From IMG/VR virus record IMGVR_UViG_3300002546_000005, positions 1 to 45,435 of that record: a DNA stretch of 45,435 nt; one strand, 5' to 3'. Positions 8,668 to 17,764 of the stretch are shown here, one piece after another. Each line of letters begins with the position of its first letter. Position 1 is the stretch's first letter. Below the pieces are notes generated by a model. The model saw nothing but the letters and a program-made list of their open reading frames with translations. It ran no database searches and had not been told where the DNA came from. Made by a program: the position numbers and the translations under genes. This stretch comes from a virus (Duplodnaviria; Caudoviricetes).

Positions 8668-10747
8668 GGTCATACACCTCTTTCGTACTAGCCCCGATTT
8701 CTGTTTCAAGGGATTCAGTTATCTTAGCAACGATATCATCAACATCAACGTCGTTTTTAATATCGCCCGTCTGAACTTGCACGCTAGGAGTTAAGGTGAC
8801 AAAATTTTGGATGCTTTTCACAGCTGCTAGTTCCCTCATTGTTTTTAGATCCTCACTTGAAACATCAACAGTATCATTTATTGACCCTATTTCATCAATG
8901 TAGGCGATAGAATCAAGGTCAATGTCTGGATTCTCTTTTGGGAAAAGTTCATCCATGTAGCCGTTTTTATTAAATTTATCAGAAAAGCTATTCCAGGCAT
9001 CAGAACCCACCTCAAAACCATTTCCGTAAGCCTCTGATACATTTTTAAATTCCACCGGTTCAAAAGACGTAACTCCATTTTCAGCTGCAATGGTCTTTTT
9101 GGCAGAGTCTATAGCGCTTAAGGTTTGTTCTAGGGCACTGGTGATGTTGATTTCAAAACCCGGTATTTTGTTTATCACGTTCTCTAGTGCCTCTGCTATT
9201 TTAAAGATGAAATTAATTACGTTACTACTTAAATCTAGGAAAAGCATTTTAACGGCTCCTACAGGATCCTTAAATACATTTTTAAAAAAATTCGTAAACG
9301 CACCGAATACATTGTAAAAATAAATAACCATATTTTGAATAGTAGCCCATAGAGCGTAAAAATATCCTACAACCGCACCCACAATTTGATCAGTACTAAT
9401 ACCAAAATGATTTAATACCTTTATCAGCAGCCATATTACTCCTACTATAGCAACGATGATTAATAGCGCCCAAGTTAGAGGGCTCGCCATTAAGGCCGCA
9501 TTAAAACCTATCTGCGCGCCTGTAGCAGTTGTTGTGGCTGCAGCTTGTGCAATAGTAGCACCCGCAAGTATTTCTTGCCTAGCTGCAGACACGCTAGCAC
9601 GAAAAGCTGATATAGCTTGTAGCCCATTTTGTATAGCGAGTACAGTGTTATAAGCCAATGCGGCACCTTTAAGAAGTAAAAAAGGGGTTAATATAGCAAA
9701 TAGGATTGGGGCTATCAAAGACCAGTGATTTGTAAAAACGCTAGCTATCCATACAAGGACATCCATAAAAGTAGTAGCGAAACCAACTGCTATGATAATC
9801 GCATTCCCCAGACCAACAAAAAACCTCTCGCCGGATTCAGAGTTAAGAAAATTAGAGAACCTCTGAAAAGCTGGTTGTAAGTTAGCAAATAAACTATCTT
9901 TGATTCTAGTTGTAATTTCACTAAATTTTATTGGCATTTGCTCGAACTGCTCATTGATTGTCTCAGCTGAGTTAAACAGTGCTGATTTAATGACGTCAGA
10001 TGTTATTAAACCCTCTGAACTCATCTCTTTTAAAACACCTAAACTTACACCCATTTCTTTAGCGATGGCTTGTGCTAACGTTGGTGCGTTCTCCAGAATA
10101 CTTCTAAACTCATCACCCTGCAGCCTACCAGATGCCATCGCCTGGGTTAACTGATACATCGCGGCGCTTTGTTCTTGGGCGCTTGCACCTGCAACCTTAA
10201 AAGATTTCGTCATCAACTCAGAAAATGCGATTATTTCTTCATTATTGCTGAATGCATCACTTGCTGTAATACCTAACTTACCCACAACACCCAACATGTC
10301 AATGTAATTGCCTCTAGCTCGTCCAGCTGAGTCAAATATCTCTTGATTAAGCTCATCTGTTGTCTGTAAGCCGTCATTTATTAAATTAAGCTTTGCTTGA
10401 GCACTTGCATATTGATCAGCCGATTCTATAAACCTCTTTCCACTTTCAAGGACTGCATACGCACTGACCACTTTTTTTACAGTACCTAATAGATTATTTG
10501 CGCTCCCATTAGTCTGCTTAATTTGGTTATTAAACCTTTTTTGCTGCTCTTCAGCCTGCCTTATTTCCGCACCGACATTGTTAAGGGCGTTTCTGGCATG
10601 TTCAAACTCGCTTACATTAATGCTATTGCTAGTAGCTTCTTGCATCCTTTCAAAACCTTGCAGTGTCATAGCTATGGCTTGATACATGTTTTTTATAACC
10701 GGAGTAAAGCCGTCGTTTAGCCTGATACTCTGCGATAACGTTGCCAC
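8660..10747 (-). CDS. Tape measure protein
   Basis: QLTQAMASGRLQGDEFRSILENAP tape-measure motif; Ala-rich TM region. Confidence 0.92.
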   Translation of the reverse strand: MATLSQSIRLNDGFTPVIKNMYQAIAMTLQGFERMQEATSNSINVSEFEHARNALNNVGAEIRQAEEQQKRFNNQIKQTNGSANNLLGTVKKVVSAYAVLESGKRFIESADQYASAQAKLNLINDGLQTTDELNQEIFDSAGRARGNYIDMLGVVGKLGITASDAFSNNEEIIAFSELMTKSFKVAGASAQEQSAAMYQLTQAMASGRLQGDEFRSILENAPTLAQAIAKEMGVSLGVLKEMSSEGLITSDVIKSALFNSAETINEQFEQMPIKFSEITTRIKDSLFANLQPAFQRFSNFLNSESGERFFVGLGNAIIIAVGFATTFMDVLVWIASVFTNHWSLIAPILFAILTPFLLLKGAALAYNTVLAIQNGLQAISAFRASVSAARQEILAGATIAQAAATTTATGAQIGFNAALMASPLTWALLIIVAIVGVIWLLIKVLNHFGISTDQIVGAVVGYFYALWATIQNMVIYFYNVFGAFTNFFKNVFKDPVGAVKMLFLDLSSNVINFIFKIAEALENVINKIPGFEINITSALEQTLSAIDSAKKTIAAENGVTSFEPVEFKNVSEAYGNGFEVGSDAWNSFSDKFNKNGYMDELFPKENPDIDLDSIAYIDEIGSINDTVDVSSEDLKTMRELAAVKSIQNFVTLTPSVQVQTGDIKNDVDVDDIVAKITESLETEIGASTKEVYDLG

Positions 10748-10764
10748 GTCCCCACCTCCTTGTT

Positions 10765-10798
10765 AAAAAGAAAAAACACCTAGTTAAAGGTGTTTTTT
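10765..10798. terminator. Bidirectional terminator after lipoprotein gene
   Basis: AAAAAACACCT-agttaa-AGGTGTTTTTT. Confidence 0.7.
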
Positions 10799-10820
10799 GA
10801 GATCTTCTTATAAAACGAAG

Positions 10821-11150
10821 CTATTTCACAGAATCGAAAATTTCTTTCGCTTCTATGTTATCTGATTCTAATCCGAATCTACCATTTACGCTATTGAATT
10901 CGAAATTTGCGTTTTTAAGATCTCCTTCTTTTTTGTACTCATAGATAGCAACTTTTTGATTTTCCATATAAAATATTACCCCGTCTGTTGCACCGATCAT
11001 ACTAGAAAAAGGTTTTTTAGTTTCATCAACGCTTATTCCGGCATTTTCATAATTTGATATGAAAGTATCTAAAGTTAATGAGTCGCTACCACAGCCAAAT
11101 AAAGTGAGCGTTATTAAAATGAAAACTACGATAATAAGTAATTTTTTCAA
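10821..11150 (-). CDS. Lipoprotein moron in tail module
   Basis: MKK + hydrophobic signal + LFGC lipobox; own promoter and terminator; AT-rich. Confidence 0.8.
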   Translation of the reverse strand: MKKLLIIVVFILITLTLFGCGSDSLTLDTFISNYENAGISVDETKKPFSSMIGATDGVIFYMENQKVAIYEYKKEGDLKNANFEFNSVNGRFGLESDNIEAKEIFDSVK

Positions 11151-11180
11151 TTACATCTCCCCCAATAATATATTTTACTA

Positions 11181-11189
11181 ATTATAACA
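11181..11189 (-). promoter_or_regulatory. Extended -10 promoter (TGtTATAAT) for lipoprotein gene
   Basis: Exact TGnTATAAT about 30 nt upstream of the start. Confidence 0.6.
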
Positions 11190-11207
11190 TACTATTGGTA
11201 AATCATG

Positions 11208-11396
11208 CTAGTTTCTTTTCTTCTTAGCCTTGGCCTTGGCCTTGGCTTTTTTCTCATCTTCTATATGCAAATCTATGCTCGCATAAGTGAAGGCTTTTTC
11301 GTAGCGATCCATATCCATAAATTCTCTCGGGCGAATGTTAAGTTTATGAAGGGCATAATGAGCATAGTTCGCTTCACTATCCCCTTCCTTGATTAG
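11208..11396 (-). CDS. Tail assembly chaperone -1 frameshift extension (G-T-like)
   Basis: Open -1 frame LIKEGDSEANYAHYALHKL...KKKRN* entered at slippery A-AAA-AAC (11402-11396). Confidence 0.75.
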   Translation of the reverse strand, partial: LIKEGDSEANYAHYALHKLNIRPREFMDMDRYEKAFTYASIDLHIEDEKKAKAKAKAKKKRN

Positions 11397-11821
11397 TTTT
11401 TTACCTCTTCCACCAGTTCATTCATGTCTTTATCGTAGCCGTTTACTGCTTGTGCTACGAGCTTAGCTTCAGTCAGCTCCCCAGGGGTCAACATCGCCTT
11501 TAACAAGTCGACTTCCCCCATCACGCTATAGGACTTTTGAAGTTCTGCATTTTTCAGATCCGGGAATACGATACTCGCTGCAGTAAACTTATCAAAATAA
11601 GCATCGTTATCAAATTTGTTGACGTAAGGTCCTCTTTTCTTGGCCCTGGTTTCAGTAGTACATGACCTCCTTAGTTCTTTATCTTGCTCATTAGATATCG
11701 CTTTAAATTCAAAAGGGATCGGTTTACCCGCGCTATCTTTAAAGCGGTTGGAAACAACCTCTTTTATAGTGCTAACTTTTTCGACGTTTTGTGATAGGAA
11801 CGCTTGTAGTAAATTACTCAT
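11393..11821 (-). CDS. Tail assembly chaperone XkdN-like
   Basis: FPDLKNAELQKSY, ends EEVKN; follows the tube gene. Confidence 0.88.
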   Translation of the reverse strand: MSNLLQAFLSQNVEKVSTIKEVVSNRFKDSAGKPIPFEFKAISNEQDKELRRSCTTETRAKKRGPYVNKFDNDAYFDKFTAASIVFPDLKNAELQKSYSVMGEVDLLKAMLTPGELTEAKLVAQAVNGYDKDMNELVEEVKN

Positions 11822-11835
11822 AAACTGTTAACCTC

Positions 11836-12297
11836 CTAGCCTAGTACAGGCTTATTAAATTCATCTAAGATATCAACATCATCAAAGGTAAAGTCGATAT
11901 CTTCTTCTAATGCGTCTTCATCAAGGTCAAACTGCGCCATTATTACACTGTCAAGGTTTACGTTTCTAAGAACTGTTGTTTGCTTACCAATAGTTGAGGT
12001 TGGGTCCTCATTTACAACCTGAATATCAAAATAAGCATCCTTCCCATTTTTAATGTAATCTAGCATCATCTTTCTAAACTTAGAAGTCACATAATAAATT
12101 GTCATACTACCAGAACCGCTCCAACCGGTAGCTTTATGCTGTGTTCCTCTTTTACCCAACGTCTTAATTTCCGCTTTATTTTTTTCTACCGTGGCTTCTA
12201 AGTTTTTAGCATAAAACATCTCTTCAACAAGCCCATTAACTATCGTATAGGCTCTAGCTTCCTGTCCTGCTATGGTGTCGTTTGCTTTCATAAACAT
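11836..12297 (-). CDS. Tail tube protein XkdM-like
   Basis: QHKATGWSGSG.MTIYYVTS.FR, NEDPTS..G.Q. Confidence 0.92.
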   Translation of the reverse strand: MFMKANDTIAGQEARAYTIVNGLVEEMFYAKNLEATVEKNKAEIKTLGKRGTQHKATGWSGSGSMTIYYVTSKFRKMMLDYIKNGKDAYFDIQVVNEDPTSTIGKQTTVLRNVNLDSVIMAQFDLDEDALEEDIDFTFDDVDILDEFNKPVLG

Positions 12298-12298
12298 C

Positions 12299-13615
12299 TT
12301 ACGCCACCTTCACTTTCATGTAGATTTTTTCGATAGAATCTACCGGCTGAATTGCCGCTTCAATGTAGATGCTATCAACCTCGGTACCGGTCTGGACAAT
12401 CACATCTGTTTGAGAATCAAAATTTTGGACAGCGCTGATGTTTTGATACAATTCTACTTGCTTATTGCATTCGTTCCGAAAAAGGTTGCGACCGTCGGGG
12501 TTATTGTCCACCTCCCCGATATAATAGCTTTCGAAAATGCGCTTGAAATCATTCGCTAGCCCATCAAACACACGGATTACTCGGTTCTTAGAAAACTGTT
12601 TACCTTTCTCAGTTGTAAAGCTGGTCAACGTATTGATATCCCGCTCTACAATTGCACGACCGTTATTTTGTACGAATACAAACTCGCCCGCTTTTAGAGC
12701 TGTTTCAATCTGCGAATTCGTATACCTGATATCAACGTCAACTGCATCTTCATATGCAACATAGGTTAACGATTCATTTACCCGTGCAGCTGCAGTTGCT
12801 CCAGCTACCCAAACTGTGACTTGAGAAGCATTTAATGTCGTACCGTCCGATAACTTAACTCCGTTTTTAACACTGATTATCCCCTCGTAATCCGCAATAG
12901 GATAGTTTTCTAAAGCAGCTTGTATCTTTCTGCCTTCGTCATCACGCAGACGCTTAACAAAAGATGTATAAACAGATTTTAAGGTTGCGTCAGTTGATAC
13001 CAGAGCCATAGTGTTGAAATCAAACAATTCAATAGCTGCTTGGTAATCTGTATGATCTTGATTCGTTACCACGCCGTCTGCTCCAGTTGTTAGAGGAGTA
13101 CCGGCAGTCGTAGTAAGCACTCCCGCGCCACTGAAATCTACCCAATCGTTACTTACAACTTCATCAGCTGCAGCAACAACCTGGACGTCGATTTCCTCAC
13201 CGGATACAAGCGTTTTAACGTCAAATTTAGCAGGGTCATCAATGTTTGTCTGTATGACAATTGAGATATCATTCCCTCTAACCCCGCCGTATTTAGCTGT
13301 AGCCGTCAGATTCGTTCCTGTTACAACTGTTGCTTTTGTGCCTGTATTCAAACGGTATAAAAGCAACGTCTTGGATCTCTTCAGCGCTTCGCGGATTAAC
13401 AACATCTGTGAAGCGCTGATATCATATCCAAGAAGATCTTTTATGCTGTCACCAGCATTAATCGTTAAAACCTTTTTAGACTCGCCCCAGCTTAAAGCTA
13501 AGGCTACTGTAGTAATTCCACGCTCACCTACTGTCCCCAGCTGCGCTTCGCCAACAAAGTTGATATAAACACCAGGGCGAACTTTATTTTGAGTAGTAAA
13601 TGTTCCTCCTGCCAT
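12299..13615 (-). CDS. Tail sheath protein XkdK-like
   Basis: MAGGTFTTQNKVRPGVYINF N-terminus; KNRVIRV.D. Confidence 0.94.
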   Translation of the reverse strand: MAGGTFTTQNKVRPGVYINFVGEAQLGTVGERGITTVALALSWGESKKVLTINAGDSIKDLLGYDISASQMLLIREALKRSKTLLLYRLNTGTKATVVTGTNLTATAKYGGVRGNDISIVIQTNIDDPAKFDVKTLVSGEEIDVQVVAAADEVVSNDWVDFSGAGVLTTTAGTPLTTGADGVVTNQDHTDYQAAIELFDFNTMALVSTDATLKSVYTSFVKRLRDDEGRKIQAALENYPIADYEGIISVKNGVKLSDGTTLNASQVTVWVAGATAAARVNESLTYVAYEDAVDVDIRYTNSQIETALKAGEFVFVQNNGRAIVERDINTLTSFTTEKGKQFSKNRVIRVFDGLANDFKRIFESYYIGEVDNNPDGRNLFRNECNKQVELYQNISAVQNFDSQTDVIVQTGTEVDSIYIEAAIQPVDSIEKIYMKVKVA

Positions 13616-13809
13616 TACTTAACCTCCTTCTTAAGAAAATTATTTAAGCTTTCATTCACCTGAGCGGTCGTGTATTTTTTTCCGTCTTCTAGAAGAGCAG
13701 CAAGTAAGTCTTTTTGTTGAGCTGTGTATTGCTTTGATTTTAAAAACTGCTCTTTAGAATAGACAGGAGTTTTAATTGTTTCAGGTGTTTCGGTATCTTT
13801 TTTAGCCAT
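13615..13809 (-). CDS. Small conserved pre-sheath protein
   Basis: YSKEQFLKSK..DLL.ALL...KKYT motif; position. Confidence 0.7.
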   Translation of the reverse strand: MAKKDTETPETIKTPVYSKEQFLKSKQYTAQQKDLLAALLEDGKKYTTAQVNESLNNFLKKEVK

Positions 13810-14224
13810 CTTTTACGTTCGCCTCCATATCCAGCATTTTTGTTTCTGCAGGTTTTGATTTTATAACATGAAAATCAAAATCAACAAAAAAATGTAGCGC
13901 GCCGTTAATAATTTCATGCCTCATTTTTTTTCCTCGAAACAGAGATCCGGTTACGTTGATGTATTCCAGAGTAGCATAAAGACTTTCCGCAACATCATAC
14001 ATATCCTGATTTGATGCGCCAAAATAATGAATATCAAATGAGTGAGCTCGTAGATATCGGCGGTCAACTTCTCGATTATGATCCCCAGACAGTAACTTCA
14101 CAAAAAAACAAGGTTCTGTAAAACCCTGTTTGATTTCTTCTCCGTAGATTTTCATAGCTGGGAACTGCTGTTTAAGAGCCGTTATTATTCCAGTTCTAAC
14201 ATCGTTTATTGTTACACTCATCAC
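13802..14224 (-). CDS. Tail terminator/completion protein
   Basis: IYGEEIKQGF.EPCFF, FDIHYF. Confidence 0.8.
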   Translation of the reverse strand: MMSVTINDVRTGIITALKQQFPAMKIYGEEIKQGFTEPCFFVKLLSGDHNREVDRRYLRAHSFDIHYFGASNQDMYDVAESLYATLEYINVTGSLFRGKKMRHEIINGALHFFVDFDFHVIKSKPAETKMLDMEANVKDG

Positions 14225-14640
14225 TTACCCCCGCCCATTAGCCGTTGAAGTAATTCCAATTGTCTTTTTTGCAGGTATTTTGGTAGCTCTCGTTCTATCT
14301 CATTCATGCTAATCGTCATCATGAAGCGCCCTTCGACCCATTTTGTTAAATCTGCACCTGTTCGATGGCCATATTCAACGAAGGATGCGTACTCGGTATT
14401 ATTGAAAATCTCGACTACATACCCCGTTCCATGCCTTTCAACCTTACCTACTTTCCAGTTACGGCGTAAATCGCCAGTATCAACAAGAGTTCTCTTTTTA
14501 ATCTTCCGTTCAGCCCGGTAAGCCATTTCCAAGAGAAAATCTTGAATAAATCGATCAACAACTTTTTCATCTAAAGCCTTTTGGAATGAGTCAGTCAGCT
14601 TCTTGAATTCCTCAAAATCGAACTTTCCCCATCTAGCCAT
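14221..14640 (-). CDS. HK97 gp10-family neck protein
   Basis: VDTG.LRRNW, YASFVEYGHR. Confidence 0.88.
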   Translation of the reverse strand: MARWGKFDFEEFKKLTDSFQKALDEKVVDRFIQDFLLEMAYRAERKIKKRTLVDTGDLRRNWKVGKVERHGTGYVVEIFNNTEYASFVEYGHRTGADLTKWVEGRFMMTISMNEIERELPKYLQKRQLELLQRLMGGGK

Positions 14641-15011
14641 TATGCTCGATCCTTCCGTTGTAAACTGAGCTCCTGGTGCGTAGGATATAAAAAAGGCTCT
14701 CCGGATGCGTAAGATCGCGTGACAGCTCCCCGAGTTACGATAATAATATCCCCTTGCTTTATATTTAATTCCGGGGAAATGAATAGCTTTATTTCGTATT
14801 TAATCTCGTTCTGTGCCTCAGCCTGATTGTTAACGCCAAGTGACTTCTGGGATATACGGCAAGGCTGATCGGTATAGATTGGCACTGGATCAACAGAAAG
14901 TTTAGTTTCGCCGGCAGCTGTTTCCGTCTCCACATACCGACTAATAGTGGCCAGATCTACATATATTTTTTCAATTGCTTGACGATGTTTGGAGTAGTTC
15001 AACCCTACCAC
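14640..15011 (-). CDS. Head closure/stopper protein
   Basis: PCRISQ, KLFISPE..IK.GD, YPTHQE; synteny. Confidence 0.75.
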   Translation of the reverse strand: MVGLNYSKHRQAIEKIYVDLATISRYVETETAAGETKLSVDPVPIYTDQPCRISQKSLGVNNQAEAQNEIKYEIKLFISPELNIKQGDIIIVTRGAVTRSYASGEPFLYPTHQELSLQRKDRA

Positions 15012-15370
15012 CTCAATTTCCGGTATCGAGTGAGGTCAGTACGGTAATTCAAAACTACTTTAGCAATGATCGCTTTTGAAGCGTTAGTAAGCTCAGAATC
15101 CTTTATAGACGTATCCCCGATTTGAATTTCTGCTGCAGCTCCCCCGTTAGTATTTGCTATCTCCGGAATATTCGGCTGCTCGATCCGGAGCGCATCAATT
15201 GTCATCGATGCCCAAACCAACCCCAATTCCACAGGGATCTCTAAAATGTTGCAGTAATGGAGAATTCTCTGCCCAACCTCGTCGATAAACGACGTGATCA
15301 ACGTATCCTGATCAGCACCTGTTATCTCTAAACGAAGTTTAACAGTTGCCAAAACATCACTCGCCGGCAT
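15005..15370 (-). CDS. Head-tail connector (gp6/gp15-like)
   Basis: VKLRL....D.LI...I..YCN, L.RYRKL. Confidence 0.8.
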   Translation of the reverse strand: MPASDVLATVKLRLEITGADQDTLITSFIDEVGQRILHYCNILEIPVELGLVWASMTIDALRIEQPNIPEIANTNGGAAAEIQIGDTSIKDSELTNASKAIIAKVVLNYRTDLTRYRKLRW

Positions 15371-15590
15371 TGTCTTCTCCGCCTTCATCTTCTTCTATTA
15401 GAGCTACTTGAATGGCTGCTAAAATATCATCTTTTTTCGCTGCCTCACCTAAATCGATATTGTGTTCATCGGCATACACCTTTAACTCTGCGATAGTCAT
15501 CTTATCGATTGGTTTTTCCTTCTGCAGTTTTTTCGCAGCCTCCTCGGCCGCTTGTTCACGTCGCATTCGTTGAAATGCAGTTGCAGACAT
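15357..15590 (-). CDS. Small HeH/Rho-N-like domain protein
   Basis: MTIAELKVYA..HNIDL....KKDDIL. Confidence 0.7.
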   Translation of the reverse strand: MSATAFQRMRREQAAEEAAKKLQKEKPIDKMTIAELKVYADEHNIDLGEAAKKDDILAAIQVALIEEDEGGEDNAGE

Positions 15591-15642
15591 ATTAATCACC
15601 CTTTCCCAGCATGAATAGAGAGGGGTTTTAACCCCTCTTACT

Positions 15643-16596
15643 CTAAGCTAACTTATACACAAATTTCACGACTCGGATATTTTTGTTCTCATAAACTCTT
15701 GACCAGTTAGCGGCATTTTCCACTTCTACATTCGATGGGGATGCCCCAGTAACACTTGTATTCGTGAACTTCACACCGCGCGGATGAAGAACAAACGCTT
15801 GACGATTGATCAGGATATCGTCACCAGCCAAACTATCGCGATCAGTCTCAGTAGGCATCTTCGCCATACCGTTCCCGAGTCCGATCGCTCCAGATCCGAA
15901 AAGGTATGAGGTGTAAACACCGGCTGCTACTGGATGACCGTCGTCGACGATGACACGTTTTTTCATATACGTTTCAATTTCGTTTCCTTCGCTGTCCTTA
16001 ATAGTCTCAATAAGATTCTGCTTTTTTAAGTGTGTATAGGCGGCACTGTGAAGAGAGAATGCTGTTAGCTTTCCTGCAGCATCGCCTAGTTTTTGACCAG
16101 CATCTAGGAATGTTTCACCTGCAAGCACGGCTGCTGTTCCAGCCTGGGCCGAAATATCGTGCATGTTTCCACTCATCGATGCACTGGCAAATACTCCTTT
16201 AAGTAACGAAAATAACAACGTTTGGCGTCTGCGAGCCCAAAAAGCAGCAACCAAATCTCCTATCGCTGCCATTGGATCTGATCCGGCTAAGATATGAGCC
16301 ATATCATTTGCGCTCCAAGCTTTACCGCGTATGAATAACGCGGCCTGATCTTGACCGGCAGTGATTTTCTCTGGCGTAAGTGCTCCGCTATCAGATAATA
16401 CTTCGTCCTCACCGGTTAGATCATCCCAATACGGCATGTTGATTAATTTGCCGCCGCCTTGTGCAAGCTTGTCTAACTCCGAGTTATTCGATATAATCCC
16501 TGATTGAGACAAAGCGGATAATTCCGCTGTACGTTGAATAACATAAGGGTTAAATACTTCAGGGACGATAACGTCTGCAATTTGTGTTTTAGCCAT
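15643..16596 (-). CDS. Major capsid protein
   Basis: 317 aa after scaffold; DVIVPEVF, ETDRD, FVLHPRG. Confidence 0.9.
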   Translation of the reverse strand: MAKTQIADVIVPEVFNPYVIQRTAELSALSQSGIISNNSELDKLAQGGGKLINMPYWDDLTGEDEVLSDSGALTPEKITAGQDQAALFIRGKAWSANDMAHILAGSDPMAAIGDLVAAFWARRRQTLLFSLLKGVFASASMSGNMHDISAQAGTAAVLAGETFLDAGQKLGDAAGKLTAFSLHSAAYTHLKKQNLIETIKDSEGNEIETYMKKRVIVDDGHPVAAGVYTSYLFGSGAIGLGNGMAKMPTETDRDSLAGDDILINRQAFVLHPRGVKFTNTSVTGASPSNVEVENAANWSRVYENKNIRVVKFVYKLA

Positions 16597-16624
16597 TTAT
16601 TATACACTCTCCTTTTTAAAATAA

Positions 16625-16831
16625 TTATTCACTCATTAACCCTGCAGCTCTTATTTTTGCTAGCAGAGCGTTAAAATCAGTAACAAGGGTCGGAACATCA
16701 GCTGCTACGCTGTCTACTTGAGCAGCAGCAGTCGTCATTCCTGCGAGATCGTCAGGTAGAGCAGTCTTATCAATCTTACCGTCGCGATCCTTGTCATATG
16801 TGCTTTGTAACGTGCGTGGTACTCTACTCAT
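16625..16831 (-). CDS. Head fibre/decoration-like small protein
   Basis: C-terminal DFNALLAKIRAAGL motif typical of head fibres; DKDRDGKID loop. Confidence 0.6.
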   Translation of the reverse strand: MSRVPRTLQSTYDKDRDGKIDKTALPDDLAGMTTAAAQVDSVAADVPTLVTDFNALLAKIRAAGLMSE

Positions 16832-16842
16832 TTCTTATCCTC

Positions 16843-17481
16843 CTATTTGGCTGCAGTCTGTAGCTGCTTAGCGAGTTCAGGATTTTCTCGTATAAGCTGC
16901 CCCTGAGCAGTCAGATTAAAATATTCTTTGGACCAAGGATTCTTCTGACCCCCCGCCCCGCTTTTATCTTTCCCGTCAAGCGGTTTAGTACCTTTGAACT
17001 TAGCACCCTCCTCTTTTTGGACAAACAAAAAAGCCTTGCTTTCACGCAACGCCTTAACTTGATCTTCAAGTCCGGCTTTTACAGAACCTTTCTCATCGAT
17101 CTCAATTTTTGATTTGTCCAGGAGTCCAAGTAGCAGATCCGGATCATGAACTTCGTCAGCGACTGCTAGCTTAACCGCTGTAGTCAGTGCCATGTCCTTG
17201 ATCTTGACTTGATAGTCTTCATCCTTTTTCTTGTTGTCCGCCTGCAGCTGATCTATCTGCTTATTAAGTTCTGCATTGTCACCGGCGGATTTCTTAAGTT
17301 CAGTCAACTGCTTATCTCTGTCTTTTAAATCAACTTCAAGCTGTTTTTTTGCTTCGTTGATCGCATCAAACTTCGCTTTTGGAAACCAATTACCGTCGTT
17401 TACAATGGCGATTTCTTTGTCTCCTACCTTTTTGATCACTTGATTATAAAGCTCTTCACCCAACAATTCTTTTAAATCCAT
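16843..17481 (-). CDS. Capsid scaffolding protein (GP20-like)
   Basis: WFPKAKFD, coiled coil, KNPW..E.FNLT.Q C-terminus. Confidence 0.85.
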   Translation of the reverse strand: MDLKELLGEELYNQVIKKVGDKEIAIVNDGNWFPKAKFDAINEAKKQLEVDLKDRDKQLTELKKSAGDNAELNKQIDQLQADNKKKDEDYQVKIKDMALTTAVKLAVADEVHDPDLLLGLLDKSKIEIDEKGSVKAGLEDQVKALRESKAFLFVQKEEGAKFKGTKPLDGKDKSGAGGQKNPWSKEYFNLTAQGQLIRENPELAKQLQTAAK

Positions 17482-17499
17482 CTATCATCACTCCCGATT

Positions 17500-17599
17500 A
17501 GGTTTTTAGACTGGTCACCCGCCAGCATTCGGCTTTCGTTCAGTTTTACCCCGAACCTTTAAAGGGGGCAATGCCAAGTTTAAAGCCGTATGACAGGGC
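17500..17599 (-). ncRNA. Structured cis-RNA leader of scaffold gene (three tandem pseudoknot-like units)
   Basis: Three stem/stem pairs each with a TAAA(A) linker; position resembles GP20-associated RNA motifs. Confidence 0.5.
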
Positions 17600-17635
17600 A
17601 AAATAAAAACACTCTCAATTTTTCATCAAGAGTGC
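17600..17635 (-). terminator. Intrinsic terminator after MuF/small ORF
   Basis: CACTCT...AGAGTG hairpin + TTTTTATTTT. Confidence 0.55.
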
Positions 17636-17638
17636 TTC

Positions 17639-17764
17639 TTACTTCTGTTGTTCTTTCTTTGATTGCTCCTCTTTCTCACGCTTAACATCTTCGGGCGATT
17701 TGATGATAACCAATTCACCCTCTTTAGAAATAAAACGATCAATCCGATCTGGTCGTATTGCCAC
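17639..17764 (-). CDS. 41-aa ORF, candidate MuF-toxin immunity protein (not in ORF track)
   Basis: GAGGTG RBS, GTG start, MAIRPDRIDRFISKEGELVIIKSPEDVKREKEEQSKKEQQK; overlaps the toxin stop. Confidence 0.6.
   Translation of the reverse strand: MAIRPDRIDRFISKEGELVIIKSPEDVKREKEEQSKKEQQK

Noticed and set aside
4828-13615. Tailocin/PBSX-like defective element
   Set aside because: Tail genes are Xkd-like, but full head, packaging, replication, integrase and both att sites are present
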